A DNA stretch of 53,795 nt from Bdellovibrio sp. Its GTDB lineage: Bacteria; Bdellovibrionota; Bdellovibrionia; Bdellovibrionales; Bdellovibrionaceae. The notes beneath the pieces were generated by a model that was not told the origin of the DNA, searched no databases, and worked only from the letters and a program-made list of their open reading frames with translations. Where the stretch lies: the NCBI GenBank assembly GCA_043771495.1, contig JAYVHE010000242.1, positions 1-53,795 on the forward strand, read 5' to 3'. Made by a program: the position numbers and the translations under genes. Shown piece by piece: positions 9,168 to 18,996 of the stretch (positions are counted from its first letter, which is position 1; each line of letters begins with the position of its first letter).

Positions 9168-9872
9168 ATGAATTCAATCACTAATGTTGTCCGATTAGTT
9201 ACGCGCTTAGCTAGACTCTTTCCTATGCTTGTCGCCGTCATTTTTGTTGTTCCATTTGCTGTTTCTGCAAATATTAAAAATAAATTTACTGAAGATCAAA
9301 AAAAAGCTGAAAAGATTCTTTCAAAGTACGCAGCCTCTGCAGGCATTACAATCGACATTGAAAAAATCGACGAGAAAAAAACGCTAGGTACTAAAAAAGT
9401 AACTCAGGGTACACTGAGCGTTGCCGGTAAGAAATTTAATTTAACGACAATGGGCGATAAAAAAACTGAAATCATTTTGAATGCTCAAAAAATTTGGTTG
9501 ATTGAATATCCCGATCCAGATTTTGATCCAGGTGGAAAACGCCGTGTGACTGAGCTTTCTAAAAACCAGCCCGAATTAGCTAAGCAAATAGTTAATTTGT
9601 TTTCGTCTCCACAAAAGTTTTTTTCGAATTTTTCGGTATCTAATACAGAATTAAAAAGCGATTTACTGATTTTAACTTTAAATCCAAAGAGTAAAGACCT
9701 TAAAAGTTTTCAAATCGTTTTCGATGCGAAGAACTCGCAGTTAAACTCGATTCAATTCGTTGACGATATAGATACTCAAACGACATTAGTTTTCAAAAAA
9801 TATGATTTTGCATCAAAACTTCCGACTAAGCTTTTTGAATTTAAAAAGCTAAAAACAGATGAGGTCTTTTAA
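9168..9872 (+). CDS. lolA: LolA-like outer-membrane lipoprotein carrier
   Basis: Signal peptide, beta-rich profile, C-terminal T(T)LVF...LFEF pattern, lies directly upstream of rimO. True start may be downstream. Confidence 0.65.
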   Translation: MNSITNVVRLVTRLARLFPMLVAVIFVVPFAVSANIKNKFTEDQKKAEKILSKYAASAGITIDIEKIDEKKTLGTKKVTQGTLSVAGKKFNLTTMGDKKTEIILNAQKIWLIEYPDPDFDPGGKRRVTELSKNQPELAKQIVNLFSSPQKFFSNFSVSNTELKSDLLILTLNPKSKDLKSFQIVFDAKNSQLNSIQFVDDIDTQTTLVFKKYDFASKLPTKLFEFKKLKTDEVF

Positions 9873-9874
9873 TT

Positions 9875-11248
9875 ATGTCTAGCACTGTTGAAACTATTCA
9901 AAGCAAAAAAAAGGTCCATTTTGTCAGCTTAGGCTGTCCAAAAAATTTGGTAGATAGCGAAATTATGGCAGGTACTTTGTTAAACGATGGCTATGAAGTA
10001 GTAGGCGACGCCGAAGGTGCTGACACCGTCATTGTTAATACGTGTGGCTTTATCGATGATTCAAAAAAAGAATCCATTCAAAAAGTGTTAGAAATGTCTG
10101 AACTTAAAGACAAAGGCAGCATTCAAAGACTCGTGGTCGCGGGTTGCTTAACTCAACGATATAAAAATGATCTTGTTGAAGGGCTTCCAGAAGCTGATTT
10201 ATTTGTAGGTTCTGGTGAATTTCAGAACATTGGCAAAATTTTAAAAAGTCATGACGAAGGCAAAAAAGAAAAAACGTTTTTTAATTTGCCAACGTACTTG
10301 CAAGAAACGAATACTCCACGAGTAAATTCGCAGCCAAAACATCGCGCCTATTTAAAAATTTCTGAAGGCTGCATGAAGCGTTGTTCGTTCTGCGCAATTC
10401 CATTAATTCGTGGAAACTTACAATCACGCACGATCGATAATATCGTTAACGAAGCCAAGGTTTTAGCGGCCGGTGGCGTTAAAGAGCTCATCATTATCAG
10501 TCATGATTTCACTGATTATGGTTGGGATTTGCGTCGTAAGAATCCGGAAGCTAAAGAAAATCCAGTTAATTTATTGCGGGCTTTAGCTGAAGTTGACGGA
10601 ATTCAATGGATTCGATTGTTGTACTTGTATCCAGATGGAATCACACAAGAAATGATTGATTTATTTAAATCAAATCCAAAGTTTGTTCGTTACTTTGATA
10701 TGCCAATGCAACACATCAATAATCGCATGTTAAAATTAATGAACCGTAAAATGACTCGCGAAGAAATTGAAACAGTTCTAGAGAATATCAAAGCTCACTT
10801 GCCGGATGCGGTTATTCGTACGCAATTTATTGTCGGTTACCCAACTGAAACAAGTGCCGAATTTGAAGAATTGTTGCAGTTTATTTCAAAGCATAAATTT
10901 GACCGAGTGGGATGTTTTAAATATTCACCAGAAGAGAATACTCCAGGTGGAAAAATAACTGAACAAATCGAAGATGAAGTTAAACAATTCAGACACGATG
11001 CTTTAATGGAAGTTCAACAAAATATTTCATTACAAAAACACAAAGCTTTTATCGGAAAGACCATTGATGTTTTGGTCGAAGGCCTTAGCGAAGAAACGGA
11101 CTTGTTATTACAAGGTCGAAGTTCGCAACAAGCCCCAGATATTGATGGGGTCGTACTAATTAATGATGGCCAAGCCAATATCGGCGACATGGTCAAAGTT
11201 AGAATTACGGATTCTATGGAATACGATTTAATCGGCGAAATCGTTTAA
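9875..11248 (+). CDS. rimO: Ribosomal protein S12 methylthiotransferase RimO
   Basis: SLGCPKNLVDSE, NTCGFI, CxxxCxxC radical-SAM motif (CMKRCSFC), QAPDIDG TRAM domain. Confidence 0.96.
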   Translation: MSSTVETIQSKKKVHFVSLGCPKNLVDSEIMAGTLLNDGYEVVGDAEGADTVIVNTCGFIDDSKKESIQKVLEMSELKDKGSIQRLVVAGCLTQRYKNDLVEGLPEADLFVGSGEFQNIGKILKSHDEGKKEKTFFNLPTYLQETNTPRVNSQPKHRAYLKISEGCMKRCSFCAIPLIRGNLQSRTIDNIVNEAKVLAAGGVKELIIISHDFTDYGWDLRRKNPEAKENPVNLLRALAEVDGIQWIRLLYLYPDGITQEMIDLFKSNPKFVRYFDMPMQHINNRMLKLMNRKMTREEIETVLENIKAHLPDAVIRTQFIVGYPTETSAEFEELLQFISKHKFDRVGCFKYSPEENTPGGKITEQIEDEVKQFRHDALMEVQQNISLQKHKAFIGKTIDVLVEGLSEETDLLLQGRSSQQAPDIDGVVLINDGQANIGDMVKVRITDSMEYDLIGEIV

Positions 11249-11257
11249 AGAGTAGTT

Positions 11258-11821
11258 GTGAACCAATTTGTTTTTTTAAAGAATTTTCTGTTTTTAGAAT
11301 TAACTTCTTTAGGTTCTGCCTACACTTTGGTTCAGAAATTCACCACAGATTCTCAGGTTAAAGTTTTCGAAGCTAGCCCAACTCCGCGCGGAGCTTTGCT
11401 GGTGCTGGCTTCTGCATCTTTAGACTCGCTAAACCTAATTCTTGCATCACTACGAGGAAATTCTGAAGCGCAAACAAGCGTTGAAAATTCATGGTTAGGT
11501 GAAGATTTGTCTGAAAAAATCATCGAAGCTTATTTAAATCAGGTGCTTACTCCAATAAAGAATAACTTAGTTTTGGTCGAGACTGAGTCCATTTGTGAGG
11601 CCATTAGAGCCACAGTTATGGCCGTTGATAAGAATTTTGAAATTTGCGAATTTCGCACATTACGTTCAGCGATATACAAGTGTATCGTGTCTTTGACGAC
11701 GCAGCTGTCGCAAAGCGAAGTCGAAACTATTTTTTCAACTCTTGTTACGACTAAAAAAATTAAGTTAACTTTTGTTGCAGATCCTACGCTTGAAATTCGA
11801 AACCAATATAATTTGGAATAA
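11258..11821 (+). CDS. Divergent tandem BMC-domain (PduT-like) protein
   Basis: 187 aa in two halves: LELTSLGSA...VKVFEASPTPRGALLV and LVLVETESICEAIRA...KCIVSLT...VADP, paralleling PduT as recalled (LELTSIAKG, VETWSVAAC, KCYM, IPRP). Confidence 0.6.
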   Translation: MNQFVFLKNFLFLELTSLGSAYTLVQKFTTDSQVKVFEASPTPRGALLVLASASLDSLNLILASLRGNSEAQTSVENSWLGEDLSEKIIEAYLNQVLTPIKNNLVLVETESICEAIRATVMAVDKNFEICEFRTLRSAIYKCIVSLTTQLSQSEVETIFSTLVTTKKIKLTFVADPTLEIRNQYNLE

Positions 11822-11835
11822 AATATTACGAAATA

Positions 11836-12963
11836 TTACGGACAATTTTGAATGGCCGAAATATATCGTTCGGCTAAAGGATTTTTCTGAATTGTCAAAT
11901 CTTTGTAAGCTTTGCGAAAATCAACTCGATCTTTTACGCCTAAATTGCATGACAAAACGAAGTGCTCGAGTGCTTTTTCATAATTACTTTGTTCAAAATA
12001 TAACTTCGCAATTCCTAACTGAGCACGAACCGATTTTGGATTATGCGTGAGGGCTTTGTTAAAAAACTCTATGGCGGCCGGTTTGTTTTTTCTTAAATAT
12101 TCAACTTCGGCCAAACAGGTTAGCGCAAATTCAGAAGGTTGAATAATGAGGGAATTTTCGAATTCGGCTTTGGCTTCTTTATGCATTTCCCGCTCGCGGT
12201 AAGAAATACCTAACCAGATTGGAACAATAAAATTGTTCGGCAATTTTCTATGAGCTGTTTCACATGAAATTTCTGCATCACGATGCTGCGAGTCCAAAAC
12301 ATTTAACCGGCAAAGGTCTTCTAACGCCACGGTGTTTTTAGTCGCCTTGTACAAATCGTGAGTCATCATTTTGGCTTCCATAAAATTATTTTGTAATTCG
12401 TAGACCAACGCAGACAAGCGTTTGATTGAAAAATCATTTTTACGTTCTTCGTTGACACGATCAATCCATTTAAAGGCTTCAACGAAATTGCGCTTCAATC
12501 CGTAAACCAGAATGATGGATTGATAATAATTTTGATCACCAAGCTTTGTTTGATTGGCCAAAACATATTTTTCGGCGTCGTAATATTTTTTAGCATCAAT
12601 CATGCTTTTGATATCATTTACTACGGGATCATTACTCAGGTAACGTGAGTATTCAAATCCAGGATCATAATTGTTGGAACGACAGTAAGATAAATATTCG
12701 GTATATTTTCCGGCTTTTGGCGACTCGATAATTCCTGGCCGTGTCGGAGTTAGGGCTCCATTGGTTGGTGTAGCTGGTGGAACTTCGATGGTTCTAATTT
12801 GTGGCAGCGGGCTTGGAACTGAATTCGGGTTTGAAGTCGCTGCCGGAGTTGTTGCAGCAGTCGTGGGTGCAGCAGTAGGCGTTTGTGCCATTATGAGACA
12901 GCTTCCTAGCACTGTTGCTACGAATATTCCTACAAATATAAAACTAAATTGAATGTATCTCAT
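11836..12963 (-). CDS. Secreted/periplasmic TPR-repeat protein
   Basis: N-terminal hydrophobic segment, Pro/Thr/Ala linker, several TPR-like helical repeats. Confidence 0.8.
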   Translation of the reverse strand: MRYIQFSFIFVGIFVATVLGSCLIMAQTPTAAPTTAATTPAATSNPNSVPSPLPQIRTIEVPPATPTNGALTPTRPGIIESPKAGKYTEYLSYCRSNNYDPGFEYSRYLSNDPVVNDIKSMIDAKKYYDAEKYVLANQTKLGDQNYYQSIILVYGLKRNFVEAFKWIDRVNEERKNDFSIKRLSALVYELQNNFMEAKMMTHDLYKATKNTVALEDLCRLNVLDSQHRDAEISCETAHRKLPNNFIVPIWLGISYREREMHKEAKAEFENSLIIQPSEFALTCLAEVEYLRKNKPAAIEFFNKALTHNPKSVRAQLGIAKLYFEQSNYEKALEHFVLSCNLGVKDRVDFRKAYKDLTIQKNPLAERYISAIQNCP

Positions 12964-12997
12964 ATAGATCTTCGTTCATTTTCCGATAAGAGAACTG

Positions 12998-13978
12998 GTG
13001 AAACAAGGCCAGTTTAACAAGAAATTTTACAAGCGTAATTCAAATTTGGCTTCGTCCAGATCCGGACAGGCCATGATCGAATATGTTTTATTGTTATTTG
13101 TAACCATTTCACTCATCATGATGGCCAAAACGGTGATGGGTGCTTTAGGAGCATTCATGGATGGTTACATGGGTCGTTACGTGCGTTGTTTAATGGATCA
13201 TGGGGAGCTTCCAAATTTAGGTATTGAGGTCGACGACCTTAAGAAAAATACCAAAGGAAACTACGTTTGCTCTAAACAGTATTCGTTTTCAGTTCAAACC
13301 GGATTTCAAGCAACAAACTCAGGATCATCGGGCGAAGGTGGCGGAAGCGGTTCAAGTTCATCGGCCAGTTCAAAATCAAAATCAGATTCGTCAGATTCAG
13401 CCTCTAAAGGGAAGTCGGACTCAAGTGCGTCCGAAGGATCAACTTCAGGGTCTTCGTTGTCTGACGTGGCTTCTCGTGAGCGTAAACGCAGATCTGGTGC
13501 CATTAACATGACCGGATCATCTTCAGCAGATAACGGCAATCCTTTAAGGTCCAATCGATTGCGCTCTGCAGATGGTGGTGAAGACGATTATTCAGAGAGT
13601 AAATCGCGTGTTATCGCCGATGCTTCAAGTTCGGCGGCCGTACAAGACAGTGATACAGCACGATCTGGTCGTGCGCGTTATCGAACAGTTCCACCGGAAA
13701 TCGCAGAACGCATTGAAAAAAATTCTAAAAGAGCACAAACAAATTCCAAGACGAAATTGAGTTCGCCTACGGTTTTATCAGAAAGTTCAGATGCTCCTGG
13801 TCCAAGAAAATCAACTGTGCCGATGTATGAACCAAAACCACCTGATCTTGAAGGGCCTCCAGAACCACCTTTTTCATTCGCAAAATACTTCAAGTGGTTC
13901 ATCATTATCATCATGGTCATCATGATTGTGATTTTCTTCGGTGGTCAAATATTAAACTATTCTAAGTCTGATAACTAA
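12998..13978 (+). CDS. Tad/Flp prepilin-motif protein with Ser-rich linker and C-terminal TM helix
   Basis: SRSG|QAMIEYVLLL prepilin motif, long Ser/Gly low-complexity middle, C-terminal WFIIIIMVIMIVIFF. Confidence 0.7.
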   Translation: MKQGQFNKKFYKRNSNLASSRSGQAMIEYVLLLFVTISLIMMAKTVMGALGAFMDGYMGRYVRCLMDHGELPNLGIEVDDLKKNTKGNYVCSKQYSFSVQTGFQATNSGSSGEGGGSGSSSSASSKSKSDSSDSASKGKSDSSASEGSTSGSSLSDVASRERKRRSGAINMTGSSSADNGNPLRSNRLRSADGGEDDYSESKSRVIADASSSAAVQDSDTARSGRARYRTVPPEIAERIEKNSKRAQTNSKTKLSSPTVLSESSDAPGPRKSTVPMYEPKPPDLEGPPEPPFSFAKYFKWFIIIIMVIMIVIFFGGQILNYSKSDN

Positions 13979-14064
13979 AATTATATAATCTACAATTTGG
14001 AAATTCTTTATTGAATCTTTATCGAATTTAGAAAATATTTACCTTTCACACATTGGGGAATTTC

Positions 14065-14571
14065 TTGATCGAGATTGTAAATCAAACTTCACAAAAAGTT
14101 TTTACATTAGAGGCAGCATCTGAGTTGCTGCCTTTGATCTATCGTTTGACTGAAGAGACTAATAAAGAAGTTAAAGAGCTTTCAGCAGCACTTGATGGAA
14201 CGATCGATAAAAAATCGGATCGCGCCGTTGATATGCAGAAAAAAATCGATCAATTAGTCGTGCGTTGGCACAACAAACTTGAGCGTCTTGGCGCTCGCCC
14301 TAAAGGTGTTTGGTTGGCCGATTTTGATAACGGCACAGGCTATTTTTGCTGGAAGTTTCCAGAAACAAAAATAATGTACTACCACGGTTACCAAGACGGT
14401 TTCACTGGTCGCCGCCGCGTCGATGCACATGATAATCCTTCCGCAAACAGTAATAATGTTTTATTATTCAATGATAAACATGACAGCAAACATGTCTGTG
14501 TAAATGTCAGTAAAACTGACTGTAACGAAAAAGGATTGTTAATCGATGCGAGTTGCCCTAGCACAAATTAA
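14065..14571 (+). CDS. DUF2203 family protein
   Basis: FTLEAASELLP, GVWLADF, YFCWKFPE, YYHGYQDGFTGRR; likely TTG start at 14065 after GGGGA. Confidence 0.85.
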   Translation: MIEIVNQTSQKVFTLEAASELLPLIYRLTEETNKEVKELSAALDGTIDKKSDRAVDMQKKIDQLVVRWHNKLERLGARPKGVWLADFDNGTGYFCWKFPETKIMYYHGYQDGFTGRRRVDAHDNPSANSNNVLLFNDKHDSKHVCVNVSKTDCNEKGLLIDASCPSTN

Positions 14572-16153
14572 TTCCGTACTGGCTGACTTTAATTACAATT
14601 CACAATTGATTTCTGACCGTATCGCCGAACTCGCGGCTAAAAAAGCGGAGTTAATTGTATTCCCTGAAGCCTCACTATTTGGCTATCATCCATTTGATCT
14701 TTTAGAACGTAAGCAACTGGTCACCGAGCAAAATAAAGCTTTAAAGCAAATCATTAAAAAAATTCCTACAGGCTGCCATGTATTGATCGGCGGGTTTGAG
14801 CAAAACACTAAAGCGGGCCGGCCTTATTACAATAGCGCCTTTCTATGTACTAAAAATAAAATTGTAAAAACTTTCCGCAAAGAATTATTGCCAACTGGCG
14901 ACGTCTTTGATGAAGCGCGCTTTGTTGAAAAGGGCCAACTTAAAAATAATTATTTTCAAATTGGAAAATCAAAATTCTTTTTAACAATTTGCGAAGATAT
15001 TTGGGCCTGGGATAACAAAGACTACAAAGAGAATCCTATAAAAACAGTTCCTAAAAAAAAGGTCGATTTAGTTATTAATATGAGTGCGTCGCCGTTTTAC
15101 TTAAGCAAAATGGCGCAGCGTAAGTTTGTTACATCAATGACCGCAAAACATTTCAAAGCTCCTTTGTTGTATGTAAATTTGGTCGGGGCACAGGACGAAA
15201 TGATTTTTGATGGGCGATCTTTTTTGATTGATGCCAAAGGTAAAATTATTTTTCAGCAGCTAGCATTTGAAGAAGACACAAATGTTTTTGACATTGCTAA
15301 CTTAGATGCGTGGAGCAAACGCCGATCTGACGATAAACCAACGGATCTATTGCGTAAGTCACTTGTTCTTGGCATAAAAGATTACGTCAATAAAACGGGT
15401 TTTACTAAAATTCATCTTGGATTATCGGGTGGAATTGATTCTGCAGTCGTCGCTGCTTTAGCAGTTGATGCGCTGGGGCCGCAAAATGTTGCGTTATTCG
15501 CCCTGCCAACCCAATTTAATTTACCAGAAAGTTATACGGCTGCTCATCAACTTGCTAAAAACTTAAATTGTAAATTAGAAGTATTTTCGATTCAGTCAAT
15601 TTTTGAAAAAATGAAATCTGAAATTGATCAGTTTTTTGGAATCAAAGAATTTTCTTTGGTTCATGAAAATTTGCAATCCAGAATTCGTGGACTATTTTTA
15701 ATGGCGTATTCAAACTTGAATCAAAGTTTATTATTAACCACAGGCAATAAATCTGAAATGGCAACAGGTTACGCCACACTTTACGGAGACATGTGCGGTG
15801 GTTTAGCTCCTATTGGCGACTTAACCAAAAAACAAGTTTACGACATTGCCAAAAGTTACAACGTTGAAGGCATTGTGATTCCGGAATTTATTATCACGCG
15901 TCCCCCGTCTGCTGAATTGCGACCAAATCAAAAAGATCAGGATTCGCTCCCACCATATGACCAGCTAGATGCGGCCGTTACTAAAGTTGTTGAATTTAAA
16001 AAAGATGCAAACAGTTCTGTCGAAAAATGGTTATTGGGAAAACTAATGATTTCAGAATTTAAACGTTGGCAAGCGCCACCGATTTTAAAAGTGACTGAAC
16101 ATTCATTTGGACGAGGCCGTCGTTATCCGATTGCGCATAAAGCGCGTTTGTAG
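14546..16153 (+). CDS. nadE: Glutamine-dependent NAD+ synthetase
   Basis: Nitrilase domain (FPE, K, ICED) plus GLSGGIDS, ENLQSRIRG, TGNKSE, YGD, PPSAELRPNQKDQDSLPPY. Confidence 0.96.
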   Translation: MRVALAQINSVLADFNYNSQLISDRIAELAAKKAELIVFPEASLFGYHPFDLLERKQLVTEQNKALKQIIKKIPTGCHVLIGGFEQNTKAGRPYYNSAFLCTKNKIVKTFRKELLPTGDVFDEARFVEKGQLKNNYFQIGKSKFFLTICEDIWAWDNKDYKENPIKTVPKKKVDLVINMSASPFYLSKMAQRKFVTSMTAKHFKAPLLYVNLVGAQDEMIFDGRSFLIDAKGKIIFQQLAFEEDTNVFDIANLDAWSKRRSDDKPTDLLRKSLVLGIKDYVNKTGFTKIHLGLSGGIDSAVVAALAVDALGPQNVALFALPTQFNLPESYTAAHQLAKNLNCKLEVFSIQSIFEKMKSEIDQFFGIKEFSLVHENLQSRIRGLFLMAYSNLNQSLLLTTGNKSEMATGYATLYGDMCGGLAPIGDLTKKQVYDIAKSYNVEGIVIPEFIITRPPSAELRPNQKDQDSLPPYDQLDAAVTKVVEFKKDANSSVEKWLLGKLMISEFKRWQAPPILKVTEHSFGRGRRYPIAHKARL

Positions 16154-16449
16154 AGAGCTTATTTATGAAAATTTTTTGAATCGGCTCGTAGCATTCCAGG
16201 TCTCTTTTATAGTCGTTATGTCTTTAACATCGTCCTGAACAATTCTGTAGCTACGTTCATTAATCCACAGTTTATGTTCTTTTTCGTTTTGAAATCTCGC
16301 TGATGCTGTTTTTTAGTTATCTTTCTAGTTTCATATGCATATTAAACTATGCCAATCATCCATAGGCTGCACCCTGGCTAAATAAGCTTTTTAATATATT
16401 TAATTTTGACCTGCGTTTGGAAGGAAAGGCAGGTCCATTATTCAGACCT

Positions 16450-16830
16450 TTAGAGTCCGTGCTCCTTCTTGGCCATTTCTTGGCTGAGCAGTCGGAACAC
16501 CGCGCCTCCTGGAAGATTGAAAAAGTAGGCATCTTTCATTCCACCGGCTACTTCACGGACGCCAAATTTTTTAATTCTCATTTTAGTCGCTTCGAAATCG
16601 TCTGTGACAAGCTCAAGCCAGGTGGAGCGTTCATATTCTTCCTCAGAAGGAGCTTCGGGTTCTGGAGTAATCCCAATAATTTGACCGTTTGGAAATCTAA
16701 AGCAAGTGTACTGATCACTGTGCGAGGTTTTGGTACAGCCAAGAACCCTACCTAAAAAATCTTCTGCGGCTTTTCTTTTATCTGGACGAACGGGCATAGA
16801 CATTCCAACACCAAAGACAATTTTTTCCAT
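16450..16830 (-). CDS. VOC/glyoxalase-fold protein
   Basis: FLGRVLG...WLELVTDDFEAT...YFFNLPGGAVFRL; GGAGG SD upstream. Confidence 0.7.
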   Translation of the reverse strand: MEKIVFGVGMSMPVRPDKRKAAEDFLGRVLGCTKTSHSDQYTCFRFPNGQIIGITPEPEAPSEEEYERSTWLELVTDDFEATKMRIKKFGVREVAGGMKDAYFFNLPGGAVFRLLSQEMAKKEHGL

Positions 16831-16935
16831 TTAACCCTCCGACGACTGATTTTACTACACGCACATCAGCCTGTATAGAAACCCAATCGTATTAAACAGC
16901 GAATGAGTCGATTTACAAAATTGCCTTAAGTACAA

Positions 16936-17547
16936 TTATAACAAAAAATCCATTTGTTTTGGCTGACGTACGATTTGTGGGAAACGATACTCAGGTTTTC
17001 CAGTCAAAGAAATTAAATTTGCGATTTCTGGTGGTTTGCCACCAACGGAAATTCTTTTTACTAATTCTAAAAATAATTTACCTGCATATATCGCATCGGC
17101 TTCCGCACGGTGAAATTCAGCACTAGGAATTTTTAAATGTTGAACTAAAGTTCCCAACTTATAATTTGGTAAACCCGGAATAACTTTTCTAGAAATTACT
17201 AATGTATCAATGACTAAACCTTTTGGTGCGGTTGTTTCAAATTTATTAACTGAAGCAGTAAGAAACTGCGCATCGAAAGAGGCATTGTGCGCAACCATGG
17301 GAAGGTCTCCACAAAACTCAGCTAAAGGATCTAATAGCGTATTGATTTTAGGTTGGCCTTTAACCATTTCATTTGTAATTCCGTTCACTGCTGTAGCGCC
17401 TGGTGGAATTAAACGATCGGGTTCTACTAACGTCGAGAAAACAGCATCGACTTGGCCATTAACAAATCTAACGGCTCCAATTTCAACGATTTGGTCAACG
17501 CCTGGTACAGTTCCTGTGGTTTCAAAGTCAAAAGCTATAAAATTCAT
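16936..17547 (-). CDS. DEDDh 3'-5' exonuclease (DNA polymerase III epsilon-like)
   Basis: FDFETTG, VAHNASFD, IDTL, HRAEADA; start likely MNFIAF at 17547. Confidence 0.9.
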   Translation of the reverse strand: MNFIAFDFETTGTVPGVDQIVEIGAVRFVNGQVDAVFSTLVEPDRLIPPGATAVNGITNEMVKGQPKINTLLDPLAEFCGDLPMVAHNASFDAQFLTASVNKFETTAPKGLVIDTLVISRKVIPGLPNYKLGTLVQHLKIPSAEFHRAEADAIYAGKLFLELVKRISVGGKPPEIANLISLTGKPEYRFPQIVRQPKQMDFLL

Positions 17548-17570
17548 ATTTAATTTGATACAAAGTATAT

Positions 17571-17891
17571 ATGTTAGTTTCAACTAAAACAGTGCGCATC
17601 GTACAAGAAAACTCAGAAGATGAAACCATAATCGAATTTGATGAAACCACTAACCTTTTAGAGCTCTTAAATGCAAACGATATAAGCATTGCACAATCTT
17701 GTGGTGGATTTGGAATTTGTACGACGTGTCGCGTGTATGTGACTGAGGGTCTCGAAAACCTATCGGCCAAGTCTGAAAACGAAATTGAACGTTCACAAGA
17801 ACGGGATTTTAAATCTAATGAACGATTGTGTTGTCAGAGCGATGTGTCCGGTAACATTCAGCTGACCATTCCTAAAGAACTTCCTGAATAA
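17571..17891 (+). CDS. 2Fe-2S ferredoxin
   Basis: CGGFGICTTC and RLCCQ motifs. Confidence 0.9.
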   Translation: MLVSTKTVRIVQENSEDETIIEFDETTNLLELLNANDISIAQSCGGFGICTTCRVYVTEGLENLSAKSENEIERSQERDFKSNERLCCQSDVSGNIQLTIPKELPE

Positions 17892-17958
17892 ATCTGAATA
17901 TCTTTAGTAACAAAGCCAAGACATCTTTTGTTAAGACTTAGAAATTAACGAGGGTGTT

Positions 17959-18996
17959 ATGACAATCAATAAACTTTTTATTTTGTTCGTATTCTTTTTC
18001 GGACTAACAGCATTCAGTCGACCACAAATTATCGACTTTCATTTTCACCTTCAACAAGGACGATCCGGTGAAGTTCATCGCTATTTGGAATCAGAGAACG
18101 GAAGTTTTTTTGATCGGCGAATGAGTTTTTTTATTTCTGACGGGTATTTAAAGTTACCGGATTTAAAAAACGGGATTGATTTCGTTCAGCATGAGGTCTC
18201 GGATTTTGTTCGCACATTGCCAGATTCGGGAATGGGTTATTGCGGAATTGATCCTACAAGAGATTCTTACTTGAGTGAAATTCGTAATTGTCTAAAGTTA
18301 CCTAAAATGGTTGGAGTAAAACTGCGAATTGAAGATGATAATTCGTATTTAGCAGCCTGCCAAAACTCACAAAATTCTTTTAGTAAAAAATTCACAGAAA
18401 TAGCAAGAGAAGTGGAATCTAAGAGTGGTCTATTGTTGACCCATTTTACCAAAAATAATTCCTATTATTATGGTGAACTTCCCGAATTAGATTGGGGACC
18501 CTGCGCCGAAAGGGAAAGCCAGGCATTGATTGAAATCGCAAGAAAATTTCCAAAAGTAAAATTTATTATTGCGCATTCTGGAATAAGAACACCCATAGGC
18601 ATCCGTGGTTTAGAATACATCGGAGACTGGTATAGTCGTCATCCAGAGGTTAAAAGGAATATTTACACAGAAATTTCCAGTGTTCCCTACATATTTTTCG
18701 GAAGCGGATTATGTCACCGCTATGAACCACCGTACAGCACGTCTGATTGCGCAGGATCCATTGAATGGTGGGCAAAAACCTCACCTACAGCAAGAAGAAT
18801 TTCAAAAGCCTGGAAAAAATTTGACACAAACTTTGTCCTCTACGGAAGCGATTTCGTAAACTCAAACTTCGCAACTGACCAATACGCAATTAGTCCACTA
18901 GAATCGATCCAATTCATTTTACTAAATCCAGAATTCACAGAAAAAGAAAAACAAAAAATTCTTTTTAAAAACGGAGAAAAGCTTACTTCACCGTAA
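17959..18996 (+). CDS. Secreted amidohydrolase-2 family metallo-hydrolase
   Basis: Signal peptide; IIDFHFH, GVKL, LLTH, IIAHSG, LYGSDF. Confidence 0.8.
   Translation: MTINKLFILFVFFFGLTAFSRPQIIDFHFHLQQGRSGEVHRYLESENGSFFDRRMSFFISDGYLKLPDLKNGIDFVQHEVSDFVRTLPDSGMGYCGIDPTRDSYLSEIRNCLKLPKMVGVKLRIEDDNSYLAACQNSQNSFSKKFTEIAREVESKSGLLLTHFTKNNSYYYGELPELDWGPCAERESQALIEIARKFPKVKFIIAHSGIRTPIGIRGLEYIGDWYSRHPEVKRNIYTEISSVPYIFFGSGLCHRYEPPYSTSDCAGSIEWWAKTSPTARRISKAWKKFDTNFVLYGSDFVNSNFATDQYAISPLESIQFILLNPEFTEKEKQKILFKNGEKLTSP

Noticed and set aside
12960-12990. sigma28 promoter for the prepilin-motif gene (CCGATAAG at 12983)
   Set aside because: Good -10 but no TAAAG-like -35 at the expected spacing.
14420-14571. 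C-terminal extension of the DUF2203 protein as a novel domain
   Set aside because: Low-information tail overlapping the nadE start; more simply a shifted stop codon.
16163-16312. 49-codon stop-free minus-strand frame (KTASARFQNEKEHKLWINERSYRIVQDD...) as a gene remnant
   Set aside because: No start codon or SD and no recognisable family; cannot be supported without a search.
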